From positions 3,480,001 through 3,512,000 of the forward strand of contig NZ_CP042911.1 of the NCBI RefSeq assembly GCF_008065095.1: 32,000 bases of DNA. Reading direction: 5' to 3'. A program made the translations under genes and the position numbers. Position 1 is the first letter of the stretch. Each line of letters begins with the position of its first letter. Shown one piece after another: positions 17,702 to 26,838 of the stretch. The DNA is from Gemmata obscuriglobus. Lineage in GTDB: Bacteria > Planctomycetota > Planctomycetia > Gemmatales > Gemmataceae. Below the pieces are notes generated by a model, which was not told where the DNA came from, ran no database searches, and worked only from the letters and a program-made list of their open reading frames with translations.

Positions 17702-18915
17702 GTGATTCCGTTCGGCGAGACACTCACGCCCGCGTTGATCGAGGCGGCGAACGATCTGCGCGGGGCGCAACGACGGTTGTTCATGGCCCGGGTGGTGCGT
17801 GCGTTGGGTCCCGGCGGTCAACGCCGAGCCGAAGAGGCGTTCGGGTGGAACCGGGTCACCATCCGCAAGGGCATGCGGGAACTGAACTCGGGCGTCGTGG
17901 CCCGCGACGCGTTCTCGGCGCGAGGCCGGCACCGTGCCGAGGACCGATTGCCCGACCTGCTGGCCGACATCCGGGACCTCGTCACCAGCCAGAGCCAGGC
18001 GGACCCGCGGTTCCGCACCCTGCGCCTGTATACCCGGCTGACGGCCGAAGAAGTGCGGCGTCAGCTGGTCGCCACGAAGGGGTACCGCGCGGACCAGTTG
18101 CCCCAGGCGCGAACCCTCCGCACCAAGCTCAACGACCTCGGGTTCCACCCGACCAAGGTTCTCAAGTGCGTGCCCAAAAAAAGATCCCCCAGACCGATGC
18201 CATCTTCGCACGGCTGAAGGAGATCAACCCGCAGGCCGACGCTAGTGCCGACACGCTGCGGCTGTCGCTGGACGCGAAAGCCGGTGTTCAGGTGGGGGCG
18301 TACTCGCGCAAGGGCAAGAACCGAGTACGAACGAAGGCCGCGGACCACGACTTCCGGGCCGAAGAGGTCCTGACACCCTACGGGCTGTTGCTGCCGCGTG
18401 ACAGCGACCTGTGGCTGTACTTCACGACGTCGCGGGTGACGAGCGATTTCATCGTGGACATCCTGGACCGCTGGTGGGTACAGCACCAGCCGCGCTTCCC
18501 GCGGGTCCGGACACTGGTCATCAACCAAGACAACGGGCCGGAGAACAAAGGCCGGCGAACCCAGTTCCTCAAGAGGATGGTGGCCTTGGCGCGTCAGCGG
18601 AGGCGGCTCGTGCGGCTGGCGTATTACCCGCCCTACCACAGCAAGTACAACCCGATCGAGCACTGCTGGGGGGTACTCGAGAACCACTGGGGCGGAGATC
18701 TGTTAGACACCCGCGAAGCGGTCCTCGGGTTCGCCCGGTCGATGACCTGGGGCGGCAAGCATCCCACCGTTGAGGTACTGACCGATGCCTACCCGAAGGG
18801 CGTCCGCTTGACGAAAAAGGAAATGGCGCAGGTCGAAGACGAGGTTCATCGGCTGCCGGATCTCAACGATTGGTTCGTGGACATCCCTGGCCACGAACTG
18901 CCTCCGTTGGGATAG
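17702..18915 (+). CDS. ISAzo13-family (Rhodopirellula-type DDE) transposase, two frames joined by a -1 shift
   Basis: ORF 17702..18217 ends ...LKCVPKK. The -1 frame continues KKIPQTDAIFARL...LVINQDNGPEN...YYPPYHSKYNPIEHCWGVLE... to 18915. Confidence 0.8.
18176..18182 (+). promoter_or_regulatory. A7 slippage site (ribosomal -1 or transcriptional) in the ISAzo13 transposase
   Basis: CCC AAA AAA AGA. The -1 frame reads CAA AAA AAG ATC CCC (QKKIP), restoring the conserved KKIPxTDAIF motif. Confidence 0.6.
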
Positions 18916-18934
18916 TTATTTTTTGCCGAGTCCC

Positions 18935-19692
18935 TTACCGTAGCAAGATCATAATGGATGCAATGTGAACGAATGCGAGGGAGTTGCGCGCGGTTTTGTC
19001 GTACCGTGTCGCAACCCGTCGGTATTGTTTGGCCTTAGCCCAGAACCGCTCGACCAGATTGCGGTCCTTGTACCGGTCGGTATCGATGTGCCGCTGCTCG
19101 GCCCGGTTCTTGCGGCTCGGAATCACCGCCTCGCCACCCCGGGCCTCAATGCCATCCACGAGTTCCTGTTTGTCATATCCCTTGTCGCCGATGGTCACCG
19201 CCGGTGGAGCCCCGGCCAGCAACTCCTCAGCGTGCGTGATGTCCGCGTCTTGGCCCGGGCTCAGCAGCAACCGGGTGGGCAACCCGAGCCCGTTCACTCG
19301 GACGTGGATCTTAGTTCCGAACCCGCCCCGGCTGCGGCCCAACGCCTGCTCCTCTTGGCCTCCGGTTCCGTCGGACTGTTTTTCGCACCAGCGGCGCACG
19401 GGTGCGCCCGGATCACCGTCGAATCGAGGATCAACCACTCCAGGTCCGGATCCTGGAGCGCATCGAACAGCTTCTGCCAGAGCCCCGCTCGGGACCAACG
19501 GTCGAACCGCTTCCACACCCCGTTCCAGTCCCCGAACCGGTCCGGCAGGTCACGCCACGGGATCCCGGTCTTGCCCACGAACAGAACCGCATCGATGAAC
19601 CGCCGCTTGGTTCCCGCCGGACCATACTTGGGCAGCAGCGGCTCAATGCGAGCCCAGTCGGCGTCCGAAATGGTGTGGCGGGACCGCATCAA
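18935..19692 (-). CDS. IS5-family (IS427-like) transposase, OrfA/OrfB with a -1 frameshift
   Basis: OrfA 19294..19692: ...GIPWRDLPDRFGDWNGVWKRFDRW...LDSTVIRAHPCAAGAK. OrfB 18935..19516: ...KQSDGTGGQEEQALGRSRGGFGTKIHV...GDKGYD...NLVERFWAKAKQYRRVATRYDK. The switch occurs at GCG AAA AAC, with the A5 run at 19379-19383. Confidence 0.75.
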
Positions 19693-20027
19693 TAGCTCTC
19701 CAAATCGAGGGGAGCTAAAATAGTCAGATTTGCGTTTATGTCCGCACGCCCTAGATCACGTTGGCTGAATCGACCTTCCACCAAGGCAGACGGTTCCCTG
19801 GTTTCACACATTGAGCGGGCGGCCCGCGTAGGTCCACTTGTAGGGCTTGGCTCGCGTCCGGTTGTAGTACGCGATGTACGCCAGTATCTTCTCACGCAGG
19901 TCCGCCACCGAACGGAAGTTCCCTCGACGCAACACACGCCTGGCCAGCACGCGGAACCCGATCTCCACCTGGTTCCGCCACGACGTGTGCTTGGGTACGT
20001 ACACGAAACGAACCCGATGGCTCGCAT

Positions 20028-21506
20028 CTGTAGTTTCCGCGAATCGGCCGCGCTCACGCGGCCAGATCCAAGCACCGGTGGGCGAGGTCGCGGATTTTCG
20101 CGTGGTCGTGGTGCTCGCCCACAACGGCCTGAATCTCCTGGGCCAACAGCTCGTGTTGCCAGGCCCGGCGCTTGTCCGCGTGGCTCGGGCGCCGGTTCGG
20201 GTCGTCCCACGGGGATGCGGATCGGTGCCCCACCAGGGCCTCGGCGTTCTGGTTCCAGGCCCACACCTCGGTCAGGGTGTGGGCCCACGCGCACAGGTGG
20301 AAGCACCCCACGTTCGACGGCACCCCGCGCACCTGCTGCTGACCCGCCCCGGCGACTTGTTTGAGATCCCGAAAACAGGTCTCCAGGGTGAACCGGTCGG
20401 CCACCCGCTCCAGGATGTCGGCCACGGTCGCGGTGGTGTCGGTGCCGAAGAACGCGACCCATCCGTGGGGCTCGTCCACCAACACCACCCGGATCGCCCC
20501 ACCGGCCGGGCGCCACGTGGCCACGAACGTCTTGTACCGCTTCTCGACCGACTTCCCGTACACGGTGAACATGCCGGTGCTCCACCCGCCGGGGTGGGCG
20601 GCCCGCTTGGCCAGCGACACCCGCTCGGTCCCGTACACCCGCGGCCGCCCGGGCCGCCCGGGTACTCGCGCCGGTGGCACCGAGCACAGGGCCGCATCCC
20701 GGCGCAGTCGGCTCACCACCGTCACCCCGAGCTTCCGCAGCGGCTTGAGCACCGGCCCCTGGGCGTACGCCCCGTCGGCCACCACCCACACCGCCTTCCC
20801 CCACAACGCCAGCCACCCGTGCGCCCACCGCACCAAGCCCACGGCCATGGTCAGCTTGGTTGCGAACGGGGGCCGGTCCGCCGCCCGAACCGCCCCCAGG
20901 TTCGCCTTCCGGATGTACCGCCGGGCCAACAGGGGTAACGCCACGACCCCGCCCAGCGGGTGCGCCACCAGCAACCCGAGGACCACCCACACGTGCCCGT
21001 ACACGAACCCGCTCCCGGCCGGCCCGGGGGTCGGGTTGTGGTGCACCCCGGCCCCTTGCACCTGGGAACCGTACCGCGCCGTCGGGGTGTCATCCAACGC
21101 GAGCACGACCCGCGGCCCGGTCACCAACGGCCGGAGCACCTCGACCAACAACCGGGTGGCGATGGCCTCGGCCCGGCGCCCGACGGCGGCCGCGGTGGGG
21201 TAGCAGCGGCGGTACTGGGACGACAACCCGGCGGCTCGGATCCAGCAACTCCGGGCCTGTCGCCCGCGGGCCAACAGCACCCCCAGGAACAACAGCGCCA
21301 ACCGCCGGCCCGAGCGCCGATCCAAGGCACCGGCCAGAATCGAAAACCACTGGCACCGCGGGGCCGGAGTGTGCGAAGATGGCATCGCCGCGTCCGTTCG
21401 GGTTGGGAGGTCGTGTGGTAACGCCATCCTCCCGGACGGGCCGGCATTCGTCTACTTCGAACGTACCACCATCACCGCCCGGCCTACAAATTCGCGGAAA
21501 GTACAG
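20028..21506 (-). mobile_element. ISa copy 2 (1479 bp, inverted relative to copies 1 and 3)
   Basis: Same IRs as copy 1. Perfect 7-bp TSD CTCGCAT at 20021-20027 and 21507-21513. Confidence 0.9.
20054..21427 (-). CDS. ISa DDE transposase, intact 457-aa version
   Basis: A single uninterrupted ORF. It contains ...ARVPGRPGRPRVYGTERV... where copies 1 and 3 are frameshifted. Motifs: DDT...GAGVHHNPTPGP; VVADGAY; RFTLETCFRDLK. Confidence 0.85.
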   Translation of the reverse strand: MALPHDLPTRTDAAMPSSHTPAPRCQWFSILAGALDRRSGRRLALLFLGVLLARGRQARSCWIRAAGLSSQYRRCYPTAAAVGRRAEAIATRLLVEVLRPLVTGPRVVLALDDTPTARYGSQVQGAGVHHNPTPGPAGSGFVYGHVWVVLGLLVAHPLGGVVALPLLARRYIRKANLGAVRAADRPPFATKLTMAVGLVRWAHGWLALWGKAVWVVADGAYAQGPVLKPLRKLGVTVVSRLRRDAALCSVPPARVPGRPGRPRVYGTERVSLAKRAAHPGGWSTGMFTVYGKSVEKRYKTFVATWRPAGGAIRVVLVDEPHGWVAFFGTDTTATVADILERVADRFTLETCFRDLKQVAGAGQQQVRGVPSNVGCFHLCAWAHTLTEVWAWNQNAEALVGHRSASPWDDPNRRPSHADKRRAWQHELLAQEIQAVVGEHHDHAKIRDLAHRCLDLAA

Positions 21507-22050
21507 CTCGCATCCGTCAGGAACGCCTTCCGCGTCGCCACCGACTTCAGAATGCCACTCTTCCCCTTCTCCCCCAGCGACTCCGCCGCGATCCCGCACA
21601 GCGACGCCACCCACAACACCAGCGTCGCCGAGGTGTGCGTCGTCAGGTTGTCCGCCACGAAGATCCACCCCGCCTCTGGGTCCGTCGCCACCGTCTGTTC
21701 GATGTGGGTGGCGAAGTCCTTCTCGCCCCGCGTCGCCTGAACCGTCGGGGCGATCGCCTGACCCGTTGCCACCGCGAAGTTCCCGATCAAGCACTGCGTC
21801 CCATGCCGCTTGTACTCGAACTCGACCTTTTCGGTCTGACCCGGCCGCATCGGCCGGGTCGGGGCGATCCGCTCCTTCGCCTGGACCCCCGTCATCTCGT
21901 CCACGCACACCGTGTGAACCCCGGCCTTCGACCGATCCGGGGCCGCCGGGTAGCAGTCGCACACCTCCCGGACGTGTTGGGCGAACGCCTCGGGATCCTT
22001 GGGGTTCGCGTTCAGCCAGTACCGACTCCGATGGGGCTGGAGTTCGGCAC

Positions 22051-22057
22051 TTTTAAA
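22051..22057 (-). promoter_or_regulatory. Canonical -1 slippery heptamer U UUA AAA in the IS630-X transposase
   Basis: On the minus strand, CGC TTT TTA AAA GTG. A -1 shift gives ...RFLK|SAELQPHRSRYWLN, the conserved IS630 linker. The zero frame terminates 12 codons later. Confidence 0.65.
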
Positions 22058-22626
22058 AAGCGTCCGACGTGGCGGACGGAGATGGCCGGAACGATCCCGC
22101 GTGCCACGACCTCCTCGGCCAACTCGGCCGGGGTCCAGTGCGTCACGGGTCGGCCCGAATCCTCCGGCGGCTCACACGCGACCGCGATGATCCGGGCGAT
22201 CGGGTCGGGAGCAAACGTCCCCGGGCAACCGGACCTGGGGTTGTCACTCAGGACATCCTCGATCGCCGTCTCCAGGGCCGAGAGACCTTCGAGGCACTCG
22301 ATGCGGACCAGGGTGTCGAAGACGTCCGCCCAGCGTCGCCGCCAGATCCCGACGGCGGGCCGCTCACACCCGAGTGGCTCGGCGATCGGTCCGTTCTGCA
22401 GGCGGTCGAAGGCGAGCAGGATGATCTCGGCTCGCTGTGCCAATCCCCGCGGGCAGGAGCGGGACCGAACCCACCGTTGGAGGATCTCTTGCTGCCGCTC
22501 CGTGATGACCACCTTGGCGGCCTTCCCTGGCATGACCGGCTCCGCACGGGGTGTCAATCTGGGATACCCCGCGAGGATGACGAAACTCCCGTCGTGATGG
22601 AAGGCCGATTCAGCCAGCCTGATCTA

Positions 22627-23850
22627 GTGCATCGTCAAGCCAAGGAATTAGGATGTTACTGAGCCCGGTTTGTGGGGCACTGGTGGCATCCTCCGGGGCT
22701 CTGTCATGCAGAAGAAGTATATCGTCCGGCTCACGGCGGATGAGCGCGCGACGCTGGCGGACGTGGTCCAGAAGCTCAAGGGGTCGTCGCAGAAGGTGCG
22801 CCGCGCGCAGATCCTGCTGAAGGCCGACGCGGACGGCCCGGGGTGGACCGACGCGAAGATCGCCGAGGCCGTGAGGTGCCGGACGTAGACCGTGGAGAAC
22901 GTGCGCGAGCGGCTCGTCACGTCGGGGTTCGAAGTGGCCCTCAACGGTCGGCCCCGGGGCCACGCGCCCCGGCCCAAGGTGCTCGACGGCCAGCAAGAAG
23001 CCCAGGTCATCGCGATGCGGTTGGGGCCGCCCCCCCAAGGGGTTCGCCAACTGGACCTTGCGGCTCCTGGCCGAGAACGTCGTGGCCCTGGAGATCGTGC
23101 CCGCGATCAGCCACGAGACGATCCGCCGGACCCTAAAAAAAGTGGACTGACGAGTCGCAAGATCGAGTACGGGGTGATCCCACCGAAGGCCGATGGGGAG
23201 TTCGTGGCCCACATGGAGGTGGTCCTGGACACGTACACCACGCCCTACGATTGCCGGTACCCGGTGCTGAACAGGGACGAGCAGCCAATCCCGTTGCTGA
23301 AGGAGACGCGGGTCCCGATCCCGGCCACGACGAATCACCCGCGGCGGGTCGATTACGAGTACGAGCGGGCCGGGACGGCGAGCATCTTCATGTTCGGTGA
23401 GCCCCTGGCCGGGTGGCGCCAGGGGCGGGGCCGGGAGCACCGGGCCAAGGTCGACTGGGCGGTGGAGATGGGGGCGCTGTTGCGGGGCCGGTACGCGGCC
23501 GCCGAGAAGGTGATCCGGGTGTGCGACAACCGGAACACGCACACCATCGGGGCGTTCTACGAGGCATTCGATCCGGTCACGGCCCGGGCCCTGGTGCGTC
23601 GGCTCGAGTTCCGCCACACGCCCAAGCACGGCAGCGGGCTCAACATCGCCGAGAACGAGCTGAGCGCGAGGACCCGGCAATGCGTGCACGGCCGCCGGTT
23701 CGCGACGATCGAGGCGTTGCGCGCGGAGACGGTCGCGTGGCACGAGTACGTCAACGACAAGCCGCGCGGCGTCGAGTGGCAATTTCGCACCGACGACGCG
23801 AGAACCAAACTGAACTCGCTCTACCCTAAAATTAAAACCTGACGCTGCAC
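22627..23850 (+). mobile_element. IS630-family element Y1 (degenerate)
   Basis: IRs are GTGCATCGTCAAG (22627-) and CCTGACGCTGCAC (-23850). TA lies at 22625-22626 (shared with element X) and at 23851-23852. Confidence 0.8.
22706..23842 (+). pseudogene. IS630-family transposase of Y1 (nonsense mutation plus an extra frameshift)
   Basis: Homologous to the Y2 gene throughout. It has TAG at 22886-22888 where Y2 has AAG (RCRT*TVEN versus GCRTKTVEN). There is an extra C in the C-run near 23027-23033. It retains the A7 run near 23135-23141. Confidence 0.8.
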
Positions 23851-23895
23851 TAGCCCGTGGTCTACCTCGAAATCCTTGCCAATTGAGAAACGCAC

Positions 23896-23930
23896 AAGGC
23901 CCGCCATAACTCGTTGTTGTGGCGGGCTTT
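23896..23930 (-). terminator. Possible intrinsic terminator downstream of tRNA-Gln
   Basis: On the minus strand: GCCCGCCA - 13-nt loop - UGGCGGGC, followed by CUUGUGCGUUUCUC. The U-tract is weak. Confidence 0.4.
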
Positions 23931-23938
23931 GTGTTGAG

Positions 23939-24009
23939 TTGGGGAACTAGGATTCGAACCTAGACTAAGTGAGTCAGAGTCACTCGTGCTACCGTTACAC
24001 CATTCCCCA
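23939..24009 (-). tRNA. tRNA-Gln (anticodon CUG)
   Basis: 71-nt cloverleaf read by hand. Acceptor UGGGGAA/UUCCCCA, D stem GUGU/GCAC, anticodon stem AGUGA/UCACU with loop CU-CUG-AC, T arm CUAGG-UUCGAAU-CCUAG. No encoded CCA. Confidence 0.85.
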
Positions 24010-24175
24010 ATTCGCTTCGAACCGAGCCAGTTACAGAGCTGAGTATAGCGAGTATGTTGCGAACAGGCAAGAGCCCGAATACGGCGGTAAACGGGCCGCG
24101 AGTAAGTCGTGCTGACAAACGACACAAGCTCCTGAAATTTCAGGGGCTTGTGAGGGTCCATGGTTTTTGACCGAG

Positions 24176-24247
24176 AGGCCTCGCCCGGATTTGAACCGGG
24201 GAATGACGGTTTTGCAAACCGTTGCCTTACCACTTGGCTACGAGGCC
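24176..24247 (-). tRNA. tRNA-Cys (anticodon GCA)
   Basis: 72-nt cloverleaf. Acceptor GGCCUCG/CGAGGCC plus discriminator U, anticodon stem ACGGU/ACCGU with loop UU-GCA-AA, T arm CCCGG-UUCAAAU-CCGGG. Confidence 0.85.
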
Positions 24248-24307
24248 GGCGACAACTCACTCACCAAATTTTATCGGTCGCGGGGCGAAGCGTCAATTGT
24301 ACCCTCT

Positions 24308-25051
24308 TTATCGGACGGCAGCGGCCCGTGACTTGAGGCTCTTTCCGAGTTCAGTCATCCGCCGTTTGCACTCGTCACGGGCCGCTACAAACCCCGACGC
24401 GGTTGCACTTCCCTGGCGAAGGTAGTTGAGCACAACGGCTTCCGCGTCCATGAAGCCCGCGCACCCCTCGGCGGTCAAAGCGGCCAACTCGGGCGGAATT
24501 GTGGTGATCCCGTTCCGGTCACCGTGCAGCAGCTCTCCGGGGGCGATCCAAACCCCACCAACTCGCACCGGCACTTCCAGTTCCACGATCTGTGTGTAGC
24601 CGTGCGACGGCATCGTACCCGCCGTAAAGCACGGGAACTTGAGAGGCTCGACCTGATCGAGGTCGCGCCCGCAGCCGCTCGTCACGAGCCCCACGCACCC
24701 GAACGCCTGGTAAGTGGTACACATGATCTCGCCGAAAGTCGCGGCGACGGGCGGATCATCGAGGTCCTGGAACACGACCACTTTCGGTCCGCTCAGGGCA
24801 GCGATTCGCTCGACCTGTGCCCCCAAACCCATGTATGTGTCGCCGCCCCGCAGGGGGGCACCGGCCCGGAAGGTCGCGGTGGTCGCGAATCCCACCATCG
24901 GCGGCAGGGACGGGTAACACGCCTTGATGCGGGCGTCTGTGTAGCCTACGATCCGCGACCGGCATTCGAAGAGTTCCAACACGTTGCACACGGTCGGCGT
25001 GTCGTACTTCCGCAAGGCTTCGAGAACGGATTCCGGGACTTCGGCCGGCAT
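24308..25051 (-). CDS. RraA-family protein (RraA / 4-hydroxy-4-methyl-2-oxoglutarate aldolase-like fold)
   Basis: 247-aa ORF: ...LRKYDTPTVCNVLE...VVVFQDLDDPPVAATFGEIMCTTYQAFGCVGLVTSGCGRDLDQV...GDRNGITTIP. This is the pattern of the RraA/dimethylmenaquinone-methyltransferase-like family. Confidence 0.7.
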   Translation of the reverse strand: MPAEVPESVLEALRKYDTPTVCNVLELFECRSRIVGYTDARIKACYPSLPPMVGFATTATFRAGAPLRGGDTYMGLGAQVERIAALSGPKVVVFQDLDDPPVAATFGEIMCTTYQAFGCVGLVTSGCGRDLDQVEPLKFPCFTAGTMPSHGYTQIVELEVPVRVGGVWIAPGELLHGDRNGITTIPPELAALTAEGCAGFMDAEAVVLNYLRQGSATASGFVAARDECKRRMTELGKSLKSRAAAVR

Positions 25052-25210
25052 GATGAACGTTCCTTGTGCGGCAACGCGGTGACAGTTCCGGGTGTTTTAT
25101 ATTGCGACCGCACGGTTTCCGGATTATCCTTTGGGAAAGAACCGGAGCGCCACGCGCTCTTCCCACCTGCCAGTTTCCCACCCCTTACCCCACTCCCAGG
25201 GGCTGTCGCC

Positions 25211-26569
25211 ATGTTGTCCATTCCCTTTGGGCGCACGCGCTTCTGCGACGGCGTCTCCCGCCGCAACTTCATGAAAGTCGGCGCGCTCTCGTTCGGCGCG
25301 ATGAATCTGACGCTCGCGGACGTTTTTCGCGCCGAGGCCGCCGCGAAACAGCACGACCCGTTCGCCCGCACGCGGCACAAAGCCGTTATCAACATCTTCC
25401 TGGGCGGCGGACCGCCCCACCAGGACATGTGGGACATCAAGACCGAGGCGCCGGCCGAGGTGCGCGGCGAGTTCAAGCCGATCGCGACCAACGTGACCGG
25501 CATCCAGATCGGCGAAACGTTCTCCCGGATCGCGAAGATGGCGGACAAGTTCGCGTTCATCCGGTCCGTCGTCGGTGCCCGCGGCGGCCACGACGCCTAC
25601 CAGTGTACCACCGGGTGGCCGCAACAATCGCTGGCGTCGATGGGCGGGCGCCCGAGCCTGGGTAGTACGGTGACGAAGTTGCAAGGGAACGTCGACCCGA
25701 GCGTGCCGCCGTTCATCGGGCTGGCCGAAAAGACCCAGCACGTGCCCTGGAGCGATGCGGGCCAGACCGGGTTCCTGGGCAGCACGTTCGGGCCGTTCAA
25801 GCCGAGCGGCCCCGACATGGTGAACATGACCGTCAACACCGCCAACCGCGACAACCTGCCGGACCGCAAGAAACTCCTCGGCCACTTTGATGACATGAAA
25901 CGCGCCGCGGATTACGCCGGCGCCCTTCAGGGCGCGGACGCGGCGACCGAGCGCGCGTTCGATGTGCTCACGTCGAGCAAACTTGTGGAAGCGCTCGACC
26001 TGTCGAAGGAGAGCCCAAAGGTCCGTGCCCGGTACGGTGATGGCAAGCCCTACAAGTACCAGTATGATGGCGCGCCGACCGCCAACGAGCATTTGCTCAT
26101 GGCGCGGCGTCTGGTCGAAGCCGGGGCGCGGGTGGTCACACTCAGTTACGGTCGGTGGGACAGTCACGGGCAGAACTTCGACCTGGTCCGCGACCACGGG
26201 GGGAAACTCGACCAGTGCCTCACGGCGCTGGTCGAAGACCTCGACGCGCGCGGGATGCTGGACGACGTGACGGTGATCGCGTGGGGCGAGTTCGGCCGCA
26301 CCCCGACCATCAACAAGGACGCGGGCCGCGACCACTGGCCGCAGGTGAGCTGTGCGATCCTCGCCGGGGGTGGAATGAAAACCGGCCAGGTGATCGGCAG
26401 CACGGACCGCACCGGGAGCAACGCCAAGGAGCGCCCCGTCGGGTTCGGTGACATCTTCGCGACCCTGTACCACAACCTCGGGCTGAACTCCGAGACGACA
26501 ACAATACTCGACCCGACCGGGCGCCCGCAGCACCTTGCCGAAGGCAAAGCGCTACCGGAACTCGTGTGA
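25211..26569 (+). CDS. DUF1501 domain protein (sulfatase-like fold), with an RR-type signal
   Basis: Start MLSIPFGRTRFCDGVSRRNFMKVGALSFGA. Motifs: INIFLGGGPPHQDMWD, ...GGHDAYQC..., WDSHGQNF, WGEFGRTP...GRDHWP. The listed 681-aa ORF from 24524 is an artefactual upstream extension antisense to the RraA gene. Confidence 0.85.
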   Translation: MLSIPFGRTRFCDGVSRRNFMKVGALSFGAMNLTLADVFRAEAAAKQHDPFARTRHKAVINIFLGGGPPHQDMWDIKTEAPAEVRGEFKPIATNVTGIQIGETFSRIAKMADKFAFIRSVVGARGGHDAYQCTTGWPQQSLASMGGRPSLGSTVTKLQGNVDPSVPPFIGLAEKTQHVPWSDAGQTGFLGSTFGPFKPSGPDMVNMTVNTANRDNLPDRKKLLGHFDDMKRAADYAGALQGADAATERAFDVLTSSKLVEALDLSKESPKVRARYGDGKPYKYQYDGAPTANEHLLMARRLVEAGARVVTLSYGRWDSHGQNFDLVRDHGGKLDQCLTALVEDLDARGMLDDVTVIAWGEFGRTPTINKDAGRDHWPQVSCAILAGGGMKTGQVIGSTDRTGSNAKERPVGFGDIFATLYHNLGLNSETTTILDPTGRPQHLAEGKALPELV

Positions 26570-26743
26570 CTCGCCCCGAGCGCATCCAGTGGGGCTGTTG
26601 GCGCTGGACTCACTGCTACCACCAACCCCCGCGGCTCTGATCGACCATAATATTTGCACATTAACCATGCCATTCGAAACCTAAAACAACCGGATACGGT
26701 GCGCGGCGGGACCGCCGGTACGATTCCGCTCTGCGTTTGGGCC

Positions 26744-26776
26744 GGGTCGCCCCGGCAGTTGCCTGCCGGGGCTCCC
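26744..26776 (-). ncRNA. Group II intron domain VI (candidate)
   Basis: On the minus strand: GGGAG CCCCGGCAG GCAA CUGCCGGGG CGA CCC. That is a 9-bp perfect stem, a GNRA loop, and a bulged GA (candidate branch A) above a GGG/CCC base. It lies 3 nt downstream of domain V. Confidence 0.5.
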
Positions 26777-26779
26777 ACA

Positions 26780-26812
26780 GATCCGGACGTGCGGATTTCC
26801 CGCATCCGGCTC
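26780..26812 (-). ncRNA. Group II intron domain V
   Basis: On the minus strand: GAGCCGGAUGCGGGAAAUCCGCACGUCCGGAUC. It has the AGC triad, an upper helix GCGG/CCGC, a GAAA-containing loop, a 2-nt AC bulge and a lower helix. About 28/34 positions match the canonical GAGCCGUAUGCGAUGAAAGUCGCACGUACGGUUC as I recall it. One G:A mismatch in the triad helix and a 5-nt loop suggest decay. Confidence 0.7.
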
Positions 26813-26838
26813 GTCGCTTCGTGGACTCGCGTGCGTGC

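Larger units (their letters stand above)
17625..18934 (+). mobile_element. ISAzo13-family element, copy 1 (1310 bp)
   Basis: Perfect 28-bp IRs: GGGACTCGGCAAAAAATAACTATCCCAA (17625-17652) and its complement (18907-18934). TSD TTA at 17622-17624 and 18935-18937. Confidence 0.9.
17609..19750 (-). mobile_element. IS5-family element 3 (IS427-like), carrying ISAzo13 copy 1 inside its terminus
   Basis: IRs are GGCGTGTGGACA (17609-) and TGTCCGCACGCC (-19750). CTAG lies on both sides (17605-17608 and 19751-19754). About 830 bp without the insert. Confidence 0.75.
19804..22557 (-). pseudogene. IS630-family transposase of element X, split by ISa copy 2
   Basis: N-terminal HTH ORF is 22012..22557. The -1 frame then runs ...SAELQPHRSRYWLNANPKD...VCVDEMTGVQ...FVADNLTTHTS...FLTDAS up to the ISa TSD. 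The C-terminus is 19804..20027: HRVRFVYVPKHTSWRNQVEIGFRVLARRVL...YKWTY. Confidence 0.8.
19754..22624 (-). mobile_element. IS630-family element X, interrupted by ISa copy 2
   Basis: ~34-bp IRs: GATCACGTTGGCTGAATCGACCTTCCACCA (19754-) versus the reverse complement of 22591-22624, GATCAGGCTGGCTGAATCGGCCTTCCATCA. TA lies on both sides (19752-19753 and 22625-22626). Confidence 0.8.

Noticed and set aside
17174-18211. A 345-aa minus-strand ORF spanning the TPR remnant, the IS5-3 IR and half of ISAzo13.
   Set aside because: It is a chimeric read-through across two IS boundaries. Only its last ~60 codons (17422-17604) look protein-like, and they belong to the broken TPR gene.
24524-25210. An N-terminal 229-aa extension of the DUF1501 ORF, giving the 681-aa ORF 24524..26569.
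   Set aside because: The extension is antisense to the well-supported RraA-like CDS and has junk composition. The DUF1501 homology and RR-type leader begin at ATG 25211.
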